A stretch of DNA of 64,000 nucleotides from Deltaproteobacteria bacterium (lineage in GTDB: Bacteria > Myxococcota_A > UBA9160 > UBA4427): assembly GCA_029261835.1 (NCBI GenBank), contig JAJDAO010000026.1:132666-196665 (forward strand), given 5' to 3'. The position numbers and the translations under genes were made by a program. Within the stretch, counting starts at the first letter, position 1. Every line of letters begins with the position of its first letter. Positions 47,780 to 56,338 of the stretch are shown here, in pieces. The notes beneath the pieces are model-generated. The model was not told the DNA's origin. It ran no database searches and saw nothing but the letters and a program-made list of their open reading frames with translations.

Positions 47780-49099
47780 TCATACCGCCAGCCACAGGCG
47801 GAAAAGATAGAAGAAACCAATCGAGAGTCCCGCCGCGATCGGAAGCGTCGCCACCCAGGACAGCGCGATCTTCCCCACGACCCGCAGGTCGAGCGCTTCG
47901 ATTCCCCGCGAAAGCCCCACACCCAGCACCGCGCCCACCAAGATGTGCGTTGTCGACACGGGAATGCCCATCCTCGAGGCCAGCACGATGGTGATGGCGG
48001 CGGCCAGCTCTGCCGCGAAGCCTCGACTCGGCGTGAGCTGCGTGATCTTCTTCCCGACGGTCTCGATCACGCGATAGCCCCAGGTCGCCAGACCCACCAC
48101 GATGCCGAAGCCACCCAGCGCCAGCATCCACGGCTCGACCACCGCCTTGCTCTCCATCAACCCGCCGCGCGCGACACTGACCACAGCGGCAAGCGGCCCG
48201 ATCGAATTCGCGACGTCATTGGATCCGTGGGCGAAGCAAACCGCCGACGCGGTCATGATCTGCAGAATCACGAAGAGTCGTTCGACGCTCTCGAACTGCG
48301 ACTCACTCTCACGCCGTGCCACCGCATGCCGATAGACGCGGCCCAGCACCCCAAACCCCAGCACCGCTCCGATTGCGGCCAACGCCAGCGAGAGCAGCAG
48401 TGCCTCCCCGAACCCGAAATCGAGACTCAGGTTCTTGAGACCCTTGAAGAGTGTCACGAGCCCGATGATGAAGAAGACGAGGGCGAAGAAGACCGGTCCC
48501 CAGCGCCGCGCCGCTTCCAGTGGCTCCCGGCGATCGAGAATCAGTCGACGAATGAGCACGAACACGGCGAACCCCAAGCCGCCGCCGATCAGGGGCGAGG
48601 TCCCCCAGGAGATCACGATCTGCGCCACCTTCCCCCAGTTGACCACATCTGCGCCCAGCCCGACCACGCCGAAGCCCACGATCGCGCCAACGATCGAGTG
48701 CGTGGTGGAGACCGGCAGCCCAAAGAAGGTCGCCGCAACGAGCAGAGTCGCTGCAGCAGCGAGAGCAGCCAACATGCCATGGAGCAGCACCTGTTGCTGC
48801 GCCATCACCACCGTCATGTCGAGCATGCCCTTGCGCACGGTATCGGTGACGTGCCCGCCCACGAAGAAAGCACCGCAGAACTCGAAGACGCCCGCGACCA
48901 GGATGGCACCGCCGAGATGAAGGGAGCCAGAGCCGACGCTCGTCCCCATGGCATTGGCCACATCGTTGGCGCCGATAGCCCACGCCATGTAGAGCGCCAA
49001 CGCGCCACCGATCCAGATCTCGAGCGGAATATCGGCGATCAAGGCTTGCTGGACCTGCCTCCGCGAGAGAGATCCTCGCGACGCGCGGTACCATTGCAC
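47780..49099 (-). CDS. pit: inorganic phosphate transporter, PiT family
   Basis: Duplicated GANDVAN / GSNDVAN motifs and about 10 TM helices. GTG start; the exact start is uncertain. Confidence 0.92.
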   Translation of the reverse strand: MQWYRASRGSLSRRQVQQALIADIPLEIWIGGALALYMAWAIGANDVANAMGTSVGSGSLHLGGAILVAGVFEFCGAFFVGGHVTDTVRKGMLDMTVVMAQQQVLLHGMLAALAAAATLLVAATFFGLPVSTTHSIVGAIVGFGVVGLGADVVNWGKVAQIVISWGTSPLIGGGLGFAVFVLIRRLILDRREPLEAARRWGPVFFALVFFIIGLVTLFKGLKNLSLDFGFGEALLLSLALAAIGAVLGFGVLGRVYRHAVARRESESQFESVERLFVILQIMTASAVCFAHGSNDVANSIGPLAAVVSVARGGLMESKAVVEPWMLALGGFGIVVGLATWGYRVIETVGKKITQLTPSRGFAAELAAAITIVLASRMGIPVSTTHILVGAVLGVGLSRGIEALDLRVVGKIALSWVATLPIAAGLSIGFFYLFRLWLAV

Positions 49100-49237
49100 G
49101 GGCCGACACTCGACACAATGGGTCCAGCAACATTTCGGGCAACAACAACTGGCCGGTCGGGCGAGCGCAGGTCCGACAGCTCAACCCGCCCGGAGAGGCA
49201 GCCGATCTCCGCAGCCCGATAGCAGCGCTGCCGCGGC

Positions 49238-51208
49238 TCAGCCGCTCATCACCTCCTTGATCTTGCTGTGAATGGCGGGGACACGAGAGGGCTTGGGCAG
49301 GAAGCCGCTGGCCCCGGCGGCCAGCACGTCGTCACGGTCGCGATCCGTGCTGTATCCGCTGCTCACGATGATCTTCGTGCCCGGTCGGACTTCCAGGATC
49401 TTCTCGAGACAAGCCCTCCCCCCCATGCCTGGCATCCCGAGATCCAGGATCACCAGATCGATCTCGTCACCGTGATGACGGAAGAACTCGACGGCCTCCT
49501 CTCCGCTCTCGGCCGTATGGATGCGATATCCATACTCCTCCAGGTTCTGTCGCGTGACGTCGAGCATGATGACTTCGTCATCGACCAGCAGAATCCTGCC
49601 ACTCCCCGGCCCGACGTCCTCGTGCTGGGCTGCCTCCGGCCGAGCCGCCACCACCTCGCCCGGAAGCCCCGGCAAACGAATCTCGAACCGGGTTCCCTGA
49701 CCGACCTTGCTCGTGCAGCTGATCTGCCCACCGCAGCCGACTACGATGCCGTAGACCACCGCGAGGCCAAGGCCGGTACCCGCCCCCACCTCCTTCGTCG
49801 TAAAGAAGGGGTCGAAGATCTGCTTCGCCGTTTCTGGACTGATCCCGTGCCCTGTATCCTCGACACTCAGCACGACCCACTCAGCGGGCTCGTTCTCGCC
49901 CTTCTGCCCCGTACTCGCGTCTGCTCGCGGTACGCGCCGTGTCTTCATTCGAAGCACACCGCCGTCGGGCATGGCATCCCGGGCGTTCACCGCCAGGTTC
50001 ATCAAGACCTGCTCGACCTCTGTCGGATCGGCTCGAATCGCAGAAAGACTCTCGGCGAGATCGAGTTCGATCGCGATCGTCTTCGGCAGAGTTCGGTCGA
50101 GGATCGCCTTCACGTTGGAGAGACGCTCGTTGATATCGATCGGAAGCGGTTCGCTCCGCGTCTTCGCGCCGAACTTCAGCAATGAACGAGCGAGGTCCGA
50201 GCCGCGCTGCACGGTATTCTCGATCATCCCGAACTCCGGCGGTGCGGCGTTCCCGGCGCCAATCTTGGAGGACAGCCGCTCGACGCATGCCTGGATGATC
50301 TGCAGAAAATTGCCGAACTCGTGAGCGATTCCGACGGAAATCGTGCCGAGTGCCTCCATCTTCTGCGCGTGGAGCAGCTGGCTCTGCAGCGCCTCGCGCT
50401 CCTCCTCAGCCCGCTTTCGATCGCTGACCTCCCGCGTCAGCTCCTCGTTGGTTGATCGAAGGCCCGCGTAGCTCTCTTCGAGGGCAGCGCTCATGGCGTT
50501 GAAATGTCTGCCCAACTCTCCGAATTCGGTCCGTCCCGAGTCCTCGATCCGATGCTGCAGGTTGCCTGAGGCAATGATTCGGGTTGCGCCCACCAGCCGT
50601 TGCACGGGCTTCGTAACCAAGCGAACGAGGTACGAAGAGATCGCAATGCCGATGAGGAAGCTCACGCCGACCGTGGCGAACAGAATGACCATTACGTCGG
50701 TCACGCGCGCCGCGGCTCGGCGTGTGATTTCATCCAGCGTTTCGGTCGCGACCGCCGACATGCGCCCAGTGCGGGCGAGCAGCTGGTCTCCAATCGCCGC
50801 CGCCTCGAGCTCGAGCCTGGCGACCTGTGCCCGATCGGCCGAGGCCGTAATGTAATAGCTGAGTGCCGTCTTGTATCGATCGACGAGAGTCAGGATCTCA
50901 TCCAGGTCCCTCTCTACAGCCGGCCCGTGGTGACACGAGGCGCACTCCTCGGCGCCAACATCGAGTTGCTCCACGTTCTGGACGATCGAATCCAGCCGCC
51001 TCTCGAGTGGCGTGTGCACGGTATAGAGATCGGCCTGCACGCTCTGTACGCTGATCACCAGATTGCGCCGGAGGCCCTCCACCTCGTGCAGACTCAGCAG
51101 GTGCTGTAGCTCCTTCGTGGCAGTGTTGACGTACCAAGAGGCCACACCGGCACCGGCGGCGAAGACGGCGAACAAGAACAGAAGCGAGACGACGATCCTT
51201 CTCCTCAC
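49238..51208 (-). CDS. hybrid sensor histidine kinase / response regulator with periplasmic CXXCH sensor domain
   Basis: Domain order: TM1, ~150-aa periplasmic helical domain containing ECASCHH (50930-50944), TM2, HAMP, HisKA (GIAHEFGNF), HATPase_c, then a C-terminal receiver (ILLVDDE...LVILDLGMPGMGG). Confidence 0.9.
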   Translation of the reverse strand: MRRRIVVSLLFLFAVFAAGAGVASWYVNTATKELQHLLSLHEVEGLRRNLVISVQSVQADLYTVHTPLERRLDSIVQNVEQLDVGAEECASCHHGPAVERDLDEILTLVDRYKTALSYYITASADRAQVARLELEAAAIGDQLLARTGRMSAVATETLDEITRRAAARVTDVMVILFATVGVSFLIGIAISSYLVRLVTKPVQRLVGATRIIASGNLQHRIEDSGRTEFGELGRHFNAMSAALEESYAGLRSTNEELTREVSDRKRAEEEREALQSQLLHAQKMEALGTISVGIAHEFGNFLQIIQACVERLSSKIGAGNAAPPEFGMIENTVQRGSDLARSLLKFGAKTRSEPLPIDINERLSNVKAILDRTLPKTIAIELDLAESLSAIRADPTEVEQVLMNLAVNARDAMPDGGVLRMKTRRVPRADASTGQKGENEPAEWVVLSVEDTGHGISPETAKQIFDPFFTTKEVGAGTGLGLAVVYGIVVGCGGQISCTSKVGQGTRFEIRLPGLPGEVVAARPEAAQHEDVGPGSGRILLVDDEVIMLDVTRQNLEEYGYRIHTAESGEEAVEFFRHHGDEIDLVILDLGMPGMGGRACLEKILEVRPGTKIIVSSGYSTDRDRDDVLAAGASGFLPKPSRVPAIHSKIKEVMSG

Positions 51209-51220
51209 GCCACGCCTCCG

Positions 51221-52093
51221 TCAGTCGTTCACGTACTGATACGTCTTGAGGTCAATGCCCGCACGCTCGGCGATGCGAAAGACCGGGGCGTAGTCTTTCG
51301 TGCCGGTCTCGATGAAGCGAATTGCCCCGAACCTTCGAAGAGCCGCCTGGCCCGCGTTGCTCTCGTTCATTCCGAGCAGGGCCGTCGCTAGAGCAGACCG
51401 CACCGCGGGCTCCAGATCGCTTCGCAGACCGAGAGCGTTCGAAGGCACCGCCGGCGACTCAGCGAGGATCACGAGCTCGTTGAGCACGCGAGGGTTCCTC
51501 TCGGCCACGAGTCCGTAGATCGTGTTCTTCGCACAACCGATCGCCACCTTCCCGTCCAGAACCGCCGTGATGGTCGCATCGTGGCTACCGGCGAAATAGT
51601 GCTCCTTGAAGTAGCCCGCCACCTCGTTCACTCCGTGCTCCTTGAGGTAAGCCATCGGGAAGACGTAGCCCGCCGTCGTCGCACGATCGACGAAGGCAAT
51701 GCTCTTCCCTCGCATGTCCGACACGTTCTTGATATTGCTGTCCTTGCGCACGAAGACGTGGCCGTGATAGGAGGAGCTCCCGTCCTCCCACAGCGGTCTC
51801 ACGATCGGCTCGACCCCCAGCTTACGAATAGCCAGAGCGCCCGTGAAGCTCCCCCAGAAGGCACCGTCGAGGTGCTCGGCGGTGTAGCGCTCGATGATGT
51901 TTCCGTAGCGGGGAAGGATCGTGAACTTGATCTCGATGCCCGCCACTCCTTCGATGTACTCGGCGATCGGCTTGTAGCGGTTCATCTGCCGGAAGACGTT
52001 CTGCTCCGGAATCAGTCCGATCGTCAACTCCGTCGAAGCCGCAGGCGCCGCAAAGCCCGCAGCCAGAAGTGCGAGGGTGAGTAGGAACACCAT
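51221..52093 (-). CDS. PhnD-like periplasmic substrate-binding protein
   Basis: Signal peptide (MVFLLTLALLAAGFAAPAAS) and the phosphonate/phosphite SBP fold pattern (LTIGLIPEQN...). Start at ATG 52093. 12-nt gap to the kinase gene. Confidence 0.85.
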   Translation of the reverse strand: MVFLLTLALLAAGFAAPAASTELTIGLIPEQNVFRQMNRYKPIAEYIEGVAGIEIKFTILPRYGNIIERYTAEHLDGAFWGSFTGALAIRKLGVEPIVRPLWEDGSSSYHGHVFVRKDSNIKNVSDMRGKSIAFVDRATTAGYVFPMAYLKEHGVNEVAGYFKEHYFAGSHDATITAVLDGKVAIGCAKNTIYGLVAERNPRVLNELVILAESPAVPSNALGLRSDLEPAVRSALATALLGMNESNAGQAALRRFGAIRFIETGTKDYAPVFRIAERAGIDLKTYQYVND

Positions 52094-52447
52094 TCGAGCG
52101 CCCCGCGCGCGAAGCGGAGTCGCACAGTGTGACGCACCGATCGCGGTGATCGCTAACTGTAGTCTGCGCACGGCCCAACTCCTCTTTCGATCGGGTGTGC
52201 ATCCGGCGTGTGTCGGGTGCGCATCGGGCTACCCGAGGGCAGGAGCGCTTGACGGGGCTCCCTCCTCGACGCCGCATTGATGCAGCCGCGCATGATAGCA
52301 CGACCCGCGCGCGTCGGGCCTAGCGCAGCGTGTGCCAGAACTCAGGCAGCGCCGGCCTGACAGTCACCAGTCGTCGTCCTGATAGCGGGGGAGTCGGTCG
52401 ATTTCGAACATCCACACCAGCGCATCTCCGGCCAGCCGCGCTCCATT

Positions 52448-53395
52448 TCAGCTCTCGAAAGACGATGCGTCGGGGTATGTCTCCTCGAGGAACCGTCGGG
52501 CCACCGCCTCGGCCGCCGCTCTTGGCCGCGCGCCGTAGTTGTCGTTGAGCGCCAGGAAGCTCGGCCGGACCCCGCGCACGCGCCGCAGCTGCCACCAGTT
52601 CCAGATCGCGATGTTCTCCAGCCCGACATAGTGCATGCGGCGACGCGTCTCGTCGGGACTGGCGGCCACGGCCCGACCGCGCTCGATGAGATAGGCCGCC
52701 ATCAGAATGTGAGGCAGCACATTGTCGTGACCGCGGAAGCGCGAAGCGCGTGTCCGTGCGAACGCCTCCGGCCAGCGCTCGATCACCTCTCGCATGTCCT
52801 CTTGATCGACAACACGCGGATGGTGCGCCTGATGCGGTCGCGGGCGAGGCCCCAGCGTCTCCTCGAGCAGGCGGGCCGTGTTGACCAGCGACGCGTTGAA
52901 GGGGGAGATCCGCTCGCTCACGCGCTTGTTGGCAGACGGCAACTGCCCCTCGAAATAGAGCTTGAGTCGGCCGTCCTCGGCTTGAAAGTCACTTGCCCGA
53001 GTCGGCCCGAAGAGCAGCATGTCATCGTTGAAGGTCAAGAAGCGACGCGAAAGACCGGGAATGCAGTGCAGATACGACTCGATCCCGAAGGCGTTGAAGC
53101 TCGGCAGGATCTCGGGCGGCATGATCTCGTCGAGATAGACCATCTTCAGGCCGGGATGATCCAGACGCATCCAGCGTGGCACCTGGGGGCGGCAGGTCAC
53201 GATATAGATCGTTCCGCGCCAGGGGGCATGGCGCTCGAGCGAGCGGAGCACAAACTTCAGCAGGTCGAGATTGTCACGCGTTCGATTCGGGTTGAGGTCG
53301 TGCTTCGTGCGCGCGTAGCGCTGACGTTCTTCATTGAAGCCGGGAAAGGAGTCGTCCACCCAGGTGCAGACAACGTCGAGAGTTTCGTCAGCCAT
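52448..53395 (-). CDS. Stealth-family sugar-phosphotransferase
   Basis: CR1-like DVVCTWVDD, CR2-like NRTRDNLDLLKFVLRSLERHAPWRGTIYIVT and CR3-like FLTFNDD. Start at ATG 53395 behind GGAG. Confidence 0.8.
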   Translation of the reverse strand: MADETLDVVCTWVDDSFPGFNEERQRYARTKHDLNPNRTRDNLDLLKFVLRSLERHAPWRGTIYIVTCRPQVPRWMRLDHPGLKMVYLDEIMPPEILPSFNAFGIESYLHCIPGLSRRFLTFNDDMLLFGPTRASDFQAEDGRLKLYFEGQLPSANKRVSERISPFNASLVNTARLLEETLGPRPRPHQAHHPRVVDQEDMREVIERWPEAFARTRASRFRGHDNVLPHILMAAYLIERGRAVAASPDETRRRMHYVGLENIAIWNWWQLRRVRGVRPSFLALNDNYGARPRAAAEAVARRFLEETYPDASSFES

Positions 53396-53487
53396 CGGAC
53401 TCCACGCGTTTAGGCGGCCCGATGATAGCCCGCTCGCGCTGGCCGTGACCGGCGGCAACCGCGAGCTTCACAGCGCGTGGCTTGGGC

Positions 53488-53564
53488 TGGTAGCGGTGGG
53501 CAGACTCGAACTGCCGACCTACGGCTTATGAAGCCGCCGCTCTAACCGACTGAGCTACACCGCC
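53488..53564 (-). tRNA. tRNA-Met (anticodon CAT), CCA encoded
   Basis: Minus strand reads GGCGGTG-TA-GCTC-AGTCGGTTA-GAGC-G-GCGGC-TTCATAA-GCCGT-AGGTC-GGCAG-TTCGAGT-CTGCC-CACCGCT-ACCA. It folds as a canonical cloverleaf with a G1-U72 pair. Not initiator-like. A lysidine-modified Ile2 identity cannot be excluded from sequence alone. Confidence 0.88.
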
Positions 53565-53603
53565 ATGCCCACAGCAAGGCGCCGATACCGGCACCCGACC
53601 ACC

Positions 53604-54311
53604 TCACTCACCGACCTCCGATGCCTTGCGCAGATCTTGGACCAGCTTCTCGAGCGTGGCGACCCGCTTGGCCAACTCGCGTGAGCCCGAGCCTGCTGTC
53701 GACGGGTGCGAGGGGCCTGCGGCCGACGCCTCGGACGGCGTGTAGTCCGCATTGGCAAACCTCGTCACCTTTCCGACGAGATCTTCGAGATCCGGAATCA
53801 CCTCCCCGATGCTCCCCGAGTGCACAAAGATCTCGCGCAGTGTCTCGCCGCTCTCCCCGTGCGCGGTCGCGGCCGCCTGCATGTCGAGACTGGCGCCGGC
53901 GCCAAAACGGGTAAAGGAGCCGAACAGAACGAAGTCGGCACCCACCTCGCGACCCAGCTCGAGCGCCTCCGACAACCGAGTGGTGCTCTTCGCCGAATCA
54001 TCCACGCGGATCACGCGGAACGCACCCGCCTGCTCGAAACGTGACGACAACATATCGGCCAGCCCCCACCGCAGGTAGTCCGGACTCTCGGCACTGTGCA
54101 CAACCACGGGCAGCAGCGCGATCGACAGACGCTCCTGTGCGCGTACGGGTCCGGCGGCAGACGCGATGAGTGCGGCTGACAACACGAGGAGTAGTAGCGA
54201 GTCCAAGTCGCAATGACGCGGGAGCCAGCGGAGGGCCAATGAGTGATCTCCAGTCAGCGCGTGACTCGACCGGCCGATCCCATCCCGCGCCGCCCAGCGG
54301 CTCGTCCGCAC
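53604..54311 (-). CDS. hypothetical secreted protein with C-terminal coiled coil
   Basis: Signal-peptide-like LLLLVLSAALIASAAGPVRA/QE, then an alpha/beta domain (SIALLPVVVHS...ADFVLFGSF) and a helical tail (ELAKRVATLEKLVQDLRKA). No family assigned and the start is uncertain. Confidence 0.55.
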   Translation of the reverse strand: MRTSRWAARDGIGRSSHALTGDHSLALRWLPRHCDLDSLLLLVLSAALIASAAGPVRAQERLSIALLPVVVHSAESPDYLRWGLADMLSSRFEQAGAFRVIRVDDSAKSTTRLSEALELGREVGADFVLFGSFTRFGAGASLDMQAAATAHGESGETLREIFVHSGSIGEVIPDLEDLVGKVTRFANADYTPSEASAAGPSHPSTAGSGSRELAKRVATLEKLVQDLRKASEVGE

Positions 54312-54425
54312 GCCCTCGATCCAGGAGTGCGCGGCAAGCGGGCGTCGACGGGATGAGCGCCACCCGAGTCATCGCGCACAGGGGCGCTTCAGGCGGCGGA
54401 ATTGTCTGCAATCACATCACGAGCG

Positions 54426-56090
54426 TCAAGACATCGGCGGGTCCGCCCGCCGCCCACCGATCACGGGCAGACGAACCCGGAAGGTCGAGCCATCGCCCAC
54501 TCGGCTGCGCACCTCGATGCAGCCGCCGTGATCGGCCACGATCTGGTGGGAAATCATCAAGCCAAGTCCGGTCCCCTGATCGGGGTCCTTGGTGGTGAAG
54601 AAGGGATCGAAGATGCGCTCGAGGTGCTCCTCGGGAATGCCACGCCCGGAATCTTCGACCACCAGGCAGGCCGCCTCCTTCGGATCGTCCGGGTCCGGCG
54701 TGACCTTCACATGCACCACCCCTTCCTCGGGGGTCGCCTGAACCGCGTTGAGCAGCAGATTCAGCGTGACCTGGTGCAGGTGAGCGCGCACGCCTAGAAC
54801 ATTCGGCGTCTCGTCCGCGCAATCGAGCAGCAGAGAGACACCCGCCGACGTCACCTCGCGCTGGATCAAGCTCACCACCTCTCTCGCGAGCTCGCCCAGG
54901 TCCACGAGTCCGTGCTCGGCAGCCGGCGCCTCGCTGCCACCGTGTGCCAGTCTGGACATCGTGGCCACCAGTCCGCGGATGCGCTCCAGCTCCGATGTGG
55001 CGAGCTGGTGATACTCGCCCCAGAAGGACAGATCCGCGTCGGCCCGCTTCTGCGGCGCCAGGCTGAGGAAGGTGTGAACCGATACCAGCGGGTTGTTGAT
55101 CTCATGGGCGAGACCTGCCGCGAGCGCCCCCAGCGTACCAAGTCGATCGGCCCGCAGGACCTGGGCGCGTGAGGTTCTGAGATCGTCGACGAGTCGAGCG
55201 TTCTCGATGGCGATCACCGCCTGCATCGCCAGGCCGTCCAGCAGCGTCCGATCGTCGGCGCCGAAACGACGACCGCCGCTGCGGTTGTCCACCGCGAGGG
55301 CGCCGATGACCTCGCTCTTGCCGACCAGCGGCACGACCAGAATCTCGTCGGCCGATACCTCGGTTGCCCAGTCACGAACCGGCCCCTCCAACCGCGAGAG
55401 ATCATCCACCCTGAGCGCCTGCAGCGCGCCCCTCTGCAGCGAATCAATGAACTCGGGAGCCCTGCGGCGAGAGATTTCGATCTGGCTGAGCCGCCGTGCC
55501 ACGTCGGTACCGTCGGGCGCCAGCCCACGCCAGACCAGCTGATCGGCTGCCTTGTCGAAGAAGAGAAGCGCCGCACCATCGAACCCGAGCTCGCCGTGGG
55601 TCGCGCCAAGCAACAGGTCAATCAGGCGGTCGAGGTCCATCTCGCGATGAAGCGCGCGCGAGAGTCGGTTGAGCAGCGTCAGCTCCTCGAGCAGCGCACT
55701 ACGCTCACACTCCAGTGCGTATGCTTCGATGGCCCGCCGCAGCGTGAGCCGTAGGTCGTCCGGCTCCCAGGGCTTGGGGACGTAGCGGTAGATGCTGCCA
55801 TCGTTGATGGCATCGCCGAGGATGTCCACATCCCCATAGGCGGTCACGAGGATTCGAATCGTCTTCGGGTCCAGCTCGCGCACACGGGCCAGGAACTCGA
55901 CGCCCGTCACCTCGGGCATGCGGTGATCGGAAAGCACGACGGCCACCGGGTTCTGGTTCAGCAGCCGCATGCCCTCTTCGGCACTGGTTGCGGTCAGGAT
56001 TGAGAAGTCACGCCGAAAGGTCAGCTCGAAGATCCGCAGGTTGTCCGGCTCATCATCGACGTAGAGCACCGGGAACTCGCGGTGATCCAT
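54426..56090 (-). CDS. cytoplasmic receiver-GAF-histidine kinase
   Basis: REC (VLYVDDEPDNLRIF...VVLSDHRMPEVTG), a GAF domain, HisKA (GLAHEINNPL) and HATPase_c (DSGRGIP...GTGLGL). Start at ATG 56090. Confidence 0.9.
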   Translation of the reverse strand: MDHREFPVLYVDDEPDNLRIFELTFRRDFSILTATSAEEGMRLLNQNPVAVVLSDHRMPEVTGVEFLARVRELDPKTIRILVTAYGDVDILGDAINDGSIYRYVPKPWEPDDLRLTLRRAIEAYALECERSALLEELTLLNRLSRALHREMDLDRLIDLLLGATHGELGFDGAALLFFDKAADQLVWRGLAPDGTDVARRLSQIEISRRRAPEFIDSLQRGALQALRVDDLSRLEGPVRDWATEVSADEILVVPLVGKSEVIGALAVDNRSGGRRFGADDRTLLDGLAMQAVIAIENARLVDDLRTSRAQVLRADRLGTLGALAAGLAHEINNPLVSVHTFLSLAPQKRADADLSFWGEYHQLATSELERIRGLVATMSRLAHGGSEAPAAEHGLVDLGELAREVVSLIQREVTSAGVSLLLDCADETPNVLGVRAHLHQVTLNLLLNAVQATPEEGVVHVKVTPDPDDPKEAACLVVEDSGRGIPEEHLERIFDPFFTTKDPDQGTGLGLMISHQIVADHGGCIEVRSRVGDGSTFRVRLPVIGGRRADPPMS

Positions 56091-56230
56091 CAACTGGCTC
56101 GGCCTGGGTCGCACTGTCGCCCTCCAAGATCTGTCTCGGCTCGGCAGTCCGCGCTCGAATCGGAACCCGGGCCGCGTCGGCGTTGCAGCCTGACCCGAGG
56201 CGTCCGGCACTGCACCGGGGCCGTCCGCAC

Positions 56231-56273
56231 CCATGTTTCGGTCCCGCGGAGAGCGAGATTGAGCGAAACATGG
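56231..56273. repeat. perfect 10-bp inverted repeat CCATGTTTCG / CGAAACATGG with 23-nt loop
   Basis: Read directly: 56231-56240 and 56264-56273. It lies about 65 nt downstream of the kinase-deaminase stop and upstream of the REC-GAF-HK gene. Possible terminator or operator. Confidence 0.3.
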
Positions 56274-56338
56274 TTCTACAGCCGGGGCCTACACCTGCTC
56301 CCTGCTCCGGCGCCCAGCGGCCGGGCGCGGCGCGCTGG

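Noticed and set aside
53395-53603. Genomic island integrated at tRNA-Met.
   Set aside because: No integrase, excisionase or phage gene is present. By eye, no direct repeat of the tRNA 3' end occurs within the next few kb. The neighbouring genes look compositionally native.
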